Assembly: GCF_018350175.1 (NCBI RefSeq)
Contig: NC_058368.1
Location: forward strand, 50,655,815-50,719,814
Direction of reading: 5' to 3'
DNA: 64,000 bases
From: Felis catus
Taxonomy: Eukaryota
Below, piece by piece: positions 1-11,310 of the stretch (positions within the stretch are counted from its first letter, which is position 1; each line of letters starts with the position of its first letter). The notes below the pieces were generated by a model. It searched no databases. It saw only the letters and a program-made list of their open reading frames with translations, and was not told where the DNA came from. Both the position numbers and the translations under genes were made by a program.

Positions 1-386
1 TATGGACTAATTTGTGTCCCCTAGAAATTCGTACGTTGAAGCCCTAATCCCCAATGGGACTATATTGGAGGTAGGGCCTTTAAAGAAGTAACTAAGTTTG
101 AATGAGGTAGTAACAGTGGGGCCCTAATCCAATATAGCTGGTGTCCTTAAGAGAAAGAGATACAAGGGGTGTGAGTGCACAGAGAAAAGGCCATCTGAGG
201 ACACAGTGAGAAGACAGCCAAAGAGAGAGGAGAGAGGAAGCCAAACAGAGAGGCCTCAGGAGAAACCAAACCTGCTAACACCTTGACCTTGGACTTCTAG
301 CCTCTAGAACTATAAAAGAATAAACGTCTGTTATTTATGCCTCCTAGACTGATATTTTGTTATAGTAGCTCTAGCAAACTAATCCA
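1..386 (+). mobile_element. MaLR solo LTR (MLT1A/B-like)
   Basis: Typical MLT1 motifs: gtgtccccTAGAAATTC..gttgaagccctaatcccc, ggtgtcctt, ggacttctagcctctagaact, aataaa, and the end gcaaactaatcca. Confidence 0.85.
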
Positions 387-1075
387 TGTCCCAACAAGTG
401 CTAACCTCATTTTCTGTTCATTGGACTTCTATTACATGCCTGATTTATATAAGTAAATATTTCTTACCTATTTCTTATAGATATTCCCAACTGTAAAATG
501 GGAATGCATACACCAAATAAGTGGGCTATTCATAAACTTAATAATTAGACATTTTGTCTCAATCTAGATAAATTATAATTGTTTTGAAATTAGTCTTCTT
601 CAATCACTTCTTTTATTGCCTTAACTAGGTGTTACAGAATCAAAATCTATTCACCAAGTGTATATTTTCCCAACATATGGATTGAGTTCACAAGACATCT
701 TGGACATCTCAGGCAAAAAAAAAATACTAAAAATGATTCTGAGTCTTGTTTTGTCTTGTATCTCTATCATGGAGTATATTTGAAGCAATTTCTATTGGTA
801 TTCCAATTTGGGATTTGTTATCTCTGAGCTAGCCGGAAGTATCTTCACATTTTTCTCTAATATGCCCATGTAGTTTCATTTCACAACACAAAGATAAAAA
901 ATAAGGGAAAGAACTTTATTTGATATACAGTACAGAGAAGGGAAACTACAGAAATACCTTCCTCTCACTCCCATTGATAAAGTTCAATTAATTTTTCCCA
1001 TATTTGGTCCCAAAGCAGGCTACCCTTATGTCAATGGCACTTCCCCTCCTAAGATGGAAGTTGTCAATAATAGAG

Positions 1076-1230
1076 TTTTTTAAAAATGTTTATTTGAGAG
1101 AGAGAGGGGGGAGTAGAGAGAGGGGTGGGGGGAGAGAATCCCAAGCAGGCTCCATGCTGTCAGCACAGAGCCCGAGCAGGGCTCTATCTAATGAACTGTG
1201 AGAATACCTGAGCCAAGATCAACAGACACT
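1076..1230 (-). mobile_element. Can-SINE, 3' part (split by the L1 at 1231)
   Basis: tttatttgagagagag..gaatcccaagcaggctccatgctgtcagcacagagccc..cctgagccaagatc; the remainder continues at 7031-7067. Confidence 0.9.
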
Positions 1231-1999
1231 AGGGGAGGAGACAAGATGGCAGAATAGCATGGAAGTTTTTTGTGTGTCGCACATCCATGAAATACAGCCA
1301 GACCAACACTAAACCATCCTGCACACCTACAAAACTGATCTGAGGATTAACACAACAATCTGCACAACATGAAACACAGAATTAAGCAGGTACATGGTGT
1401 GGAGAGGTGAACTTGGGGAGAGAGAAGCCACGGAGGGGAGGGAGCCACTTTTGTGTGCAGAGTGAGGACGGAGATGAGGAGGGAGGCGGGTGGAGAATAC
1501 AGGAAATGCACCCCTCCCCAAAGGAGCTGGAGAGAAAGTGGAAAATTGGAAACAGCCACAGGGACTGAACTAAAAAGGGAGAAAGGAGAAACGAGACAGT
1601 TTAAATTCCATTAAGACTGTAAACAAGGGGGGCTCAGAGTCTGAAACTCTGCAGCTTGATACCTGGAGTTGCTCTGGTGGGAAGGGTGAATCTCCAGGAG
1701 CAGAGTGGGGTCTGGGAGGTTCTCAGGCCACACGGGAGAAGCGGTTCCACTGCTGGAAGGACATTAGGTGGAGGCTGTGAGGCCACCTGGTCCCAGCAGA
1801 CCCCAGAGAATGGCCACATTTGCTGGTGCTGGAACAAGGTTGTTGGGGGTAAAGCCTGGTGCCAGATGTGCGTTGTGATTTTCCATAATCCCTGAGGCAC
1901 TGCTGCTACACTGTCTTGTGAACTTTTTCTGGGGTGGGCTGGCACCTGGCCACAGTCTCTGGGCATCAGCAGCAGCATGGTCCCACAAGCGCTCATGGG

Positions 2000-2650
2000 T
2001 GCAATCTCAAATAGATACTGTGGTGTCAATGATGGATGAGCAGAACAGAGAATTAGCTATATAGAGGACAAACTTATGGAGAATAATGAAGCAGAAAAAA
2101 AGAGGGACATTAAGGCAAAAGAGCATGATTTAAGAATTAGAGAAATCAGTGACTCATGAAAAAGGAACAACATCAGAATCATAGGGGTTGAGAGAGAGAA
2201 ATAGGGGTAGAAGGGTTATGTGAACAAATCATGGCAAAAAACTTCCCTAACCTGGGGAAAGACACAGACATCAAAATCCAGGAAGCACAGAGGACTCCCA
2301 TTAGATTCAACAAAAACTGACCATCAACAAGGCATATCATAGTCAAATTCACAAAATACTCAGGCAAGGAGAGAATCATGAAAGCAGCAAGGGAAAATAA
2401 GTCCTTAACCTACAAGGGAAGACAGATCAGGTTTTCAGCAGACCTATCCACAGAAACTTGCAGTCAGAAAGGGGTGGCAGGATATATTCAATGTGCTGAA
2501 TCAGAAAAATATGCAGCCAAGAATTCTTTATCCATCAAGGCTGTCATTCAAAATAAAAGGAGAGATAAAAAGTTTCCCAGACAAACAAAAATAAAGGAGT
2601 TTGTAACGACTAAACCAGCCCTGCAAGAAATTTTAAGGGGGACTCTCTGA
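2000..2650 (+). pseudogene. L1 ORF1p remnant (partial coiled coil, RRM, CTD; N-terminus missing)
   Basis: Peptides MKAARENKSLTYKGRQIRFSADLSTET and KEFVTTKPALQEILRGTL; contains stops and frameshifts. Confidence 0.92.
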
Positions 2651-2693
2651 GGGGAGAAAATACATATTTATATTTTTTATATATTTATACATT

Positions 2694-2738
2694 TATATAT
2701 ATATATACACCACATATTTATATATATAAATAAAATAC

Positions 2739-2771
<33 letters not shown>

Positions 2772-2775
2772 ATAT

Positions 2776-2808
<33 letters not shown>

Positions 2809-2836
2809 GTATTTTATTTATATATATAAATATGTG

Positions 2837-2853
<17 letters not shown>
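2694..2853. repeat. Perfect 160-bp palindrome of TA/TG/CA microsatellite plus non-repetitive AT-rich arms
   Basis: Base-by-base reverse-complement symmetry about 2773/2774. Confidence 0.95.
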
Positions 2854-2872
<19 letters not shown>

Positions 2873-2937
2873 AAAGCAACAAAGATTGGAAAGGACCAGA
2901 GAATACCACCAGAAACTCCAACTCTACAAGCAACATA

Positions 2938-5900
2938 ATGGCAATAAATTCATATCTTTCAGTACTCACTCTAAACGTCAATGGACTCAATGCTCCAATC
3001 AAAAGACATAGGGTAACATAATGGATGAGAAAACAAGATCCATCTATATGCTGTTTACAAGAGACACACTTTAGACCTAAAGACACCTTAAGGTTGAAAA
3101 TAAGGGGATGGAGAACCATCTATCATGTTAATGGCCAACAAAAGAAAGTCAGAATAGCCATACTTATATCAGACAATCTAGACTTTAAAATAAATACTCT
3201 ATCAAGAGATGAAGAAGGGCATTATATCATAATTAAGGGACTATCCACCAAGAAGACCTAACAATTGTAAACATTTATGTGCCAAATGTCAACACACCCA
3301 AATATATAAATCAATCACAAACATAAAGAAACTCATCGATAGTAATACCGTAATAGTAGAAGACTTCAACACCCCGTTCACAGCAATGGACAGATCATCT
3401 AATCAAAAAATCAACAAGGAAACAATGGCTTTGAATGACACATTGGACCAGATGGACTTAACAGATATATTCAGAACATTTCATCCTAAAGCAGCATAAT
3501 ATACATTCTTCTCCAGTGCACATGGAACATTCTCCAGAATAGACCACATACTGGGACACAAACCAGCCCTCAACAAGTAGAAAAAGATCGAGATCATACC
3601 ATGCATATTTTCAGACCACAATTCTATGAAACTCAAAATCAACCACAAGAAAAAATTTGGAAAGGTAACAAATACTTGGAGACTAAAGACCATCCTACTA
3701 AAAAATGAATGGGCCAACCAGGGAGTTAAAGAGGAAATTAAAAAGTGTATGGAAGCCAATGAAAATGATAACACCACAACCCAAAACCTCTTGGATGCAG
3801 CAAAGGTGGCCATAAGAGGAAAGTAGATAGCAATCCAGGCCTTACTAAAGAAGGAAGAAAGATCTCAGATACACAACCTAACCTTACGCCTTAAACAGCT
3901 GGAAAAAGAACAGCAAATAAAACCCAAAACCAGCAGAAGACCGGAAATAATAAAGATTAGAGCAGAAATTAATGCTATTGAAACCAAAAAAACAGTAGAA
4001 CAGATCGATGAAACCAGAAGCTGGCTATTTGAAAGAATTAACAAAATTGATAAACCACTAGCCAGTTTGATCAAAAAGAAAAGGGAAAGGACCCATATAA
4101 ATAAAATCAAGAATGAAGAGGAGAAATCACAACCAACACGGCAGAAATAAAAACAGTAAGAGAATATTATGAGCAATTATATGCCAATAATATGGGCAAT
4201 CTGGAGGCAGTGGACAAATTCCTAGAAACATGTACACTATCTTAACTGAAACAGGAAGAAATAGAAAATTTGAACAGACCCATAACCAGTAAAGATACCA
4301 AATTAGTAATCAAAAATCTCCCAAAAAACAAGAGTCCAGGGCCAGATGGCTTTCCACAGAATTCTACCAAACATTTAAGGAAGAGCTAACACCTATTCTC
4401 TTGAAGCTGTTCCAAAAAATAGAAGTGGAAGGAAAACTTCCCAACTCTTTCTATGAGGCCAGCATTACCTTGATTCCAAAACCAGACAGAGACCCCACTA
4501 AAAAGGAGAACTATAGACCAATTTCCCTGATGAACATGGATGCAAAAATCATCAACAAGATAATAGCCAACCAGATCCAACAATACATTAAAAAAATTAT
4601 TCACCACAACCAAGTCCAATTTATACCTGGGATGCAGGTCTGGTTCAATATTTGCAAAACGATTAACATGATTCATCACATCAATAAAAGAAAGGACAAG
4701 AACCTTATGATCCTCTCAATAGATGCAGAGACAGCATTCGACAAAATACAGCATCCTTTCTTGATAAAAACCCTCAAGAAAGTAGGGATAGAAGGGGATA
4801 GAAGGATCATACTTCAAGATCATAAAAGCCATGTATGAATGACCCAATGCTAGCATCATCCTCAATGGGGAAAAACTGAGAGGTTTCCCCCTAAGGTCAG
4901 GAACAAGATAGGGATATCCACCCTCACCACTGTTATTCAACATAGTATTGGAAGTCTTGGCTTCTGCAATCAGACAACACAAGGAAATAAAAGGCATCCA
5001 AATTGGCCAGGAGGAGGTCAAACTTTCACTCTCTTCAGATGACATGATACTCTATATGGAAAACCCAAAAGATTCCACCAAAAAACTGCTAGATTCATGA
5101 ATTCAGCAAAGTTGCAGGATATAAAATCAATGCAAAGAAATCAGTTGCATTCCTATCACCAACAATGAAGCAACAGAAAGAGAAATCAAGGAATCAATCG
5201 TATTTAAAATTACACCAAAACCCATAAAATACCTAGGAATAAATCTAACCAAAGAGGTGAAAAACCTATACACTGATAACTATAGAAAGCTTATTAAAGA
5301 AACTGAAGAAGACATACAAAAAAAGGAAAAAGATTCCATGCTCCTGGATAGGAAGAACAAATACTGTTAAAATGTCGATACTACCCAAAGCAATCTACAT
5401 ATTTAATGCAATCCCTATCAAAATAACACCAGCATTCTTTACAGAGCTAGAACAAATAATCCTAAAATTTGTATGGAAGCAGAAAAGACCCTGAATAGCC
5501 AAAGCAATCTTGAAAAAGAAAACCAAAGCAGGAGGGATCACAATCCCAGACTTCAAGCTATACTACAAAACTGTAATCATCAAGACAGTATGGTACTGGC
5601 ACAAGAACAGACACTCAGATCAATGGAACAAAACAGAGAACCCAGAAATGGACCCACAAATGTATGGCCAACTAATCTTTGACAAAGCAGGAAAGAATAT
5701 CCAATGGAATAGAGACAGTCTCTTCAGCAAGTCATGCTGGGAAAACTGGACAATGACATGCAGAAGAATGCAGAACCTGGACCACTTTCTTACACCATAC
5801 ACAAAAATAAACTCAAAATGGATGAAAGACCTCAATGTAAGACAGGAAGCCATCCAAATCCTCGAGGAGAAAGCAGCCAAAAACCCCTCTGATCTTGGCT

Positions 5901-6601
5901 GCAGCAACTTCCTACTCAACACGTCTCCAGAGGCAAGGGAAACAAAAGCAAAACTGAACTACTGGGACCTCATCAAAATAAAAATCCTCTGCACAGCGAA
6001 GGAAACAATCAGCAAAACTAAAAGCCAACCGACAGAATGGGAGAAGATATTTGCAAACGACATATCAGATGAAGGGTTGGTATCCAAAATATATAAAGAA
6101 CTTATCAAACTCAACACCCAAAAAACAAATAATCCAGTGAAGAAATGGCAAAAGACATGAATAGACACTTCTCCAAAGAAGACATCCAGATTGCCAACTG
6201 ACACATGAAAAAATGCTCAACATCACTCATCATCAGGGAAATGCAAATCAAAACCACCATGAGATACCGCCTCACACGTGTCAGAATGGCTAACGTTAAC
6301 AACTCAGGCAACAACAGATGTTGGTGAGGATGCGGAGAAAGAGGATCTCTTTTGCATTGTTGGTGGGAATGCAAGCTGGTGCAGCCACTCTGGAAAACAG
6401 TATGGAGGTTCCTCAAAAAACTAAAAATAGAACTACCCTATGACCCAGCAATTGCACTACTAGGTATTTATCCAAGGGATACAGGTGTGCTGTTTCAAAG
6501 GGACACGTGCACCCCAATGTTTATAGCAGCACTATCAACAGTAGCCAAAGTATGGAAAGAGCCCAAAAGTCCATCGATGGATGAATGGATAAAGAAGATG
6601 T

Positions 6602-6651
<50 letters not shown>

Positions 6652-6804
6652 ACGGAGTATTACTTGGCAATCAAAAAGAATGAAATCTTGCCATTTGCAA
6701 CTACATGGATGGAACTGGAGGATATTATGCTAAGTGAAATTAGAGAAAGACAAAAATCATATAACTTCACTCATATGAGGACTTTAAGAGACAAAACAGA
6801 TTAA
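2938..6804 (+). pseudogene. L1 ORF2p remnant (endonuclease, reverse transcriptase, C-terminal domain), disrupted
   Basis: Fragments [74 protein letters not shown]; many stops and frameshifts; (TA)n expansion at 6604-6645. Confidence 0.95.
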
Positions 6805-7030
6805 CATAAGGGAAGGGAAACAAAAATAATATAAAAATAGGGAGGAGGACAAAACAGAAGAGACTCATATATATGGAAAACAAACAGGGTTACTGGAGGG
6901 GTTGTGGGAAGGGGGATGGACTAAATGGGTAAGGGGCATTAAGGAATCTACTCCTGCAATCACTGTTGCACTCTATGCAAACTAACTTGGATGGAAATTT
7001 AAAAAAATAAAATTTAAAAATTAAAAAGGA

Positions 7031-7067
7031 GTCAGACACTTAATTGACTGAGCCACCTAGGCACCCC
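7031..7067 (-). mobile_element. Can-SINE, 5' head (other half of the 1076-1230 element)
   Basis: gtcagacacttaattgactgagccacctaggcacccc is the reverse complement of a SINE head. Confidence 0.88.
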
Positions 7068-7147
7068 TATAATGGACTTTTTACTAATGTTGCTTTTGTG
7101 TCATGACTTGACTAAGCCTCATCTTCCAATATGATTCTGTTCTAGAG

Positions 7148-7361
7148 CAAAAGTTAACACACTGCCCTGCAGATCATATCTGGCTGCTGCTTCCTTTTGT
7201 AAATACAGTTTTATGGGAACATAGAGCCATTCTTTTATGTTTTGCATGTGGCTATTTTCCTAGCACAGCGGCAGTGTTTAGTAATTGTGACAGAGACTTG
7301 GGCTTGCAAAGCTTAAAATGTATACTGTATGGCTTTTGAAATAGAAGTTTGCAGACCTCTG
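7148..7361 (+). mobile_element. hAT-Charlie MITE (MER58A-like)
   Basis: ttttgtaaatacagttttatgggaacat..gtaattgtgacagagac..gcaaagcttaaaatgtatact..aagtttgcagacctctg. Confidence 0.75.
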
Positions 7362-8951
7362 TTTTATGATGAAGATGGGAACTAGAAAGGAGTTGGAAGA
7401 ATAGAATTGGTTCTCAGAGCATCATTCAAAAAAATGACTAGGCACCACCTGCAAATGACTTCTATAGAACACCACAAGACAGAACATGCAGGATCGGCCT
7501 CCCATTGGCCCTTCTACCCCCATATCCCCATATTACTGGTAGAGGCTTATTTCCTGTGAACACCCAGCCTGCCGAAAAAGAGCTCAATTTTTTATCGGTT
7601 TAATGACTTTCTCTTATTAGACACTAAGAGATTATTAATAACTTGACTTTAAAACAAGCTGAGCTCTTACTGAAAGTGCTTTTTAACTCAAATCTGAGTC
7701 TAAGCACAGACAATATGAATATCGAAACCTAAATATGATTCTGATTTCTTCCTTTACAAAATTAGAGGATTATAACAATACACTTTACAGAATTCACCTT
7801 ACCTAGACTAATGTTTGTGTCCACTTTCTAACCAAGGGACCAATCTCAAAATTGTAAGAAGCTTCTCAGAAATCTACTGAATAAAATGACTGTACAAAAT
7901 GGTTAGAATGCAGGGAAGGAAGCCAAGACTTCTGGGTGTTAGAGAAATAAAGCCACATTTGAATGAACTTGAGTTGTATGCATTTTTCTTTTCTACCTGC
8001 AATTCCAGTCTCCTTTCATGCCTGAAGCATTAATTTTGCATGCCATAAAGTTTTGAAAGAAAATCTTCGCGAAGCTAAGGGTGTTGAGTATTAATTCATT
8101 AAACATTCTGGAGATCACCTGTCCTTATCAAGTCATAAGCCAAGCAGTTCATAAATCTATTACAGTCCGGCAGAGCTAATCAATGAAATCCAAATTGACA
8201 ATCCAAATTATTAACTCAGTCTATCAGAAGTCTGGGGTTTGTTTTGTGTTTTTCTTTCTTTCTTTCTTTCGTTTTTTTTTTTTTTTTTTGATGTTGTTTT
8301 GTACATGCTTGAACTTAAACACTTACTAAAATTGGCCAAATCTGTGGCAATCTGTAAAGAGGTTGCTGTGGTGGTAGAGTTTTAAATCTACATAAATTGT
8401 TACTGAAAACAGCCTGTAGAACAGAAATCTGAAAAGCTAGAGTTAGTATCTACAACAAAGTTAGGCAAAATATATCCCCATATTTTGGGAGAAAAGAGAC
8501 TGGCATAACTCTGGAAATTATAGGGTCATAAATTTATTATCTTATGAACATATAATGAGAGGAATTTTAAAAGTGTCAAGGCTAGGAAAACTTTTCTGGT
8601 TCACCTTTCCTCCCAAGATTACCAAAAACAAACAAACAGACAAACAAACAAACAAAAAAGTTATTTCAGCTAAAAATCAGCAAACTCAAATATGGCTGTT
8701 GAAACTCATAACAAAGTTACTTTAGGAAAAACAGAAACTAAGGAGCAGAATAATCATTCTACAGTCAATGAAGGCAATGCAGAAAGAATATCCATTAACA
8801 AGTGAAAATAGCAACCTAATATATTACAAAACACTAAAAAAGAAAGTTAAAAAAATAATAATACAAGCAATGATAGAAGAATATAAACTGGAAACAAAAC
8901 CCAAAAATGAGATAAGGAAAGAAAAGGAAGATTTGAAAAATACAGATTCCA

Positions 8952-9074
8952 GCGAACCTGGGTGGCTCAGTCAGTTAAGCATCCGTCTCTTGATTTTGGC
9001 TCAGGTCATGATCTCCCAATTCATGGGATGGAACCCAGCATCAGGCTCTGTGCTGACAGGGTGGAACCTGCTTG

Positions 9075-9120
<46 letters not shown>

Positions 9121-9156
9121 CCCTCCCCTACACGCACTCTCTCCCAAAATAAATAT
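8952..9156 (+). mobile_element. Can-SINE
   Basis: cctgggtggctcagtcagttaagcatccg..(CT)n..aaaataaat. Confidence 0.93.
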
Positions 9157-9724
9157 AATTTTAAAAAGGGCAGATTTCTTAGAAACAGAGCCTGTTATTT
9201 GGATGGATATGATTTCATTGAGAACATGTTTTGTAGAAAAAATGAAATCCGTAAGAGAATAAGGGGAGGTGGGTCAGAAGAGGTAGAACTGTCTAAAATT
9301 TCCAAAGATATGATTAATATATGGAAACACAAAATAATCAATGGTAAAATTACAATAATAATGCAAGATTTTAAAATTAAACAGTATGCTACAAAATCAT
9401 CTAACAAGAATGAATAACCTTTTAACTACAACAAAACTAATTAGAAGATATAAGGCATCATTTATGAGAACTAATGAAAAATACAAAATAGATAAGAACT
9501 ATGTTAATCACTCTCGAAAGAGTCAAAAGTGGAGTTGACTAAAAAGAAAGGGGAAAATAAAGAAACTCACTGGAGTAGCCAACTCATTGTATAGAAAACT
9601 CTTTTTTTTTAAGTGGTAGCAGTGGTGCTGTCAGTTATTTATTCCTGCCATATCACAGGATACCTCAGTAGTTGATAAGGAATATATTTACCTTTATAGC
9701 ATTTTCTATTTAAAAAAATGAATG

Positions 9725-11040
9725 ACTCTTGTTCTTCTGTACATGCTGACTCATTTTTCTCTTTCTTTTTTCAATATTTTCCTTTTGTCTTTGGAGTTAA
9801 AAAGACAGACTATTATGAGTGAAAGTGTAGATCTCTTTTGTTTATCTTCTGTGGAATTTGTTGAGCTTTTGGATGTACCTGTCAATGTTTTCATCAAATT
9901 TGGGAAGTTTTTGGACATTATTTCCACTGTCTCCTATCTGTCTGAGACTTCTGCTATCCATATTCTTCCTCCTTCCTTCCCTCCCTCACCCCTGCCCTTT
10001 CTTTCCTCATTTCTACTTGCCTAGACTTAATCTTTAAAATCTGTCTCTTTTCCAGTATTTGGCCACTGATGTCTCTACATATATTTTTAAATTCTTATTT
10101 CTACTGTGTTAGCCTGGTTTTCTATGGTCCAACCTTCTGTCTGCAGAGCCAACTGGTTAGCTAATTTTGGGCAGACTTTGCACTTAAATATCTTGTACCT
10201 ATTTGCCTTGCACTCTCTGTAGATTAATCTGTGTGGAGTCTGGAGAGTATGTTAAAGTTTTAATCCAGTTCTTAAGTTTGTCTTAGCTCTGACCTTTCCC
10301 TGGGCTGTCTGAGATCTCCCCAATGTACATGTACAATTCTCCAGTTTGCCAGGGATGCATGAAGAACTTATCTCAGCATTTCCATGGTTCTCTCATTTTC
10401 AGGATCATGTGACCTCTTGAGACCATAACCTCAATTAGCAAAGCTCTAGGTTTTTCCCATTCATTTCCTAACAAATTCACCACATTTAATTGACAAATCC
10501 TGGCCTCCAAATATAGCCCTCCCTTCCTAGGAGCAAATTTGTTGCTTTTTGTGGATAGATCCATGCTTGAAAGCTACAGTTCTCAAAGACCAACCACCAG
10601 GAAGAGGATAAGAACAACCACAGGCAAGAATGCATACTCCCACTGACTTTATTTAAACCTAGCAGGGTTTTTTTTAAGTTTATTTATTTATTTTGAGAGA
10701 TATTGAGACAGTGCAAGTGGGGGAGGGACAGAAAGAGAGAGGGAGAGAGAGAATGTCAAGCAATCCCACCATGGGGCTCAAGCTCAGGAAACTGCAAGAT
10801 CATGACCTGAGCCAAAAACCAAGAGTTGGATGCTTAACCATCTGAACCACCCAGGTGCCCCTAAGCCCTAGCAGTTTTTAGAGAATGAATGCTTCTTAAT
10901 TTATTGCCTGCATTTGGTCAATGTCCATAGCTTGAAATAATTGTTTTTGGCAGTTTTGTTCAGTTTTATATTTGTTTGATTGGTTTATTGCAAAGAGGAC
11001 TTGCCAATTCTTTATGGTGCCATTACCAGAATTCTTTTGT
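9725..11040 (-). mobile_element. Old L1M fragment (ORF1/5' region), interrupted by a SINE
   Basis: ttcatcaaatttgggaagtttttggacattattt is an antisense ORF1 motif; degenerate. Confidence 0.6.
10668..10861 (-). mobile_element. Can-SINE
   Basis: tttatttattttgagag..catgacctgagcc..ccacccaggtgcccc; cctagcag on both flanks. Confidence 0.92.
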
Positions 11041-11119
11041 TGTTTTTTTTAACTGACTTTTAGGTGTGAAAATAATAGGATTTTAAAGAGTTGGTAGCAG
11101 TGTGAAATACATACTAAAA

Positions 11120-11310
11120 TACTTATGATGAAATTATATGATACTAGTATTTCTTTAAAATAATTTGTGCCTGGAAGGGTAGGTGAGATATAGCTGGAAC
11201 AAGACTGGATGCAAGTTAATAACTGTGGAAGCATAGTAATAGGTACCTGAAGATTCATCACAATTTTCTCTAGTTTTATATATGCTTGAAATTATTCAAG
11301 TAAAAACATT
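11120..11310 (+). mobile_element. Old L1 (L1MB/MC/ME) 3' end fragment
   Basis: gaacaagactgg..aggtacctgaagattcatcacaattttctctagttttatatatgcttgaaatt. Confidence 0.55.

Larger units (their letters stand above)
1231..7027 (+). mobile_element. Near full-length felid LINE-1, decayed, with an internal 5'UTR/ORF1 deletion
   Basis: 5' end ggggaggagacaagatggc, GC-rich 5'UTR, ORF1 and ORF2 remnants, G-rich 3'UTR, A-rich tail; cagacact flanks both ends. Confidence 0.97.

Noticed and set aside
2938..6804. L1 ORF2 as an active CDS
   Set aside because: Broken into many short frames by stops and frameshifts, with a (TA)n expansion near the C-terminus
8768..9417. Overlapping 164-aa and 151-aa ORFs
   Set aside because: They run through a SINE and A-rich, probably old-LINE-derived sequence, with no protein similarity I recognise
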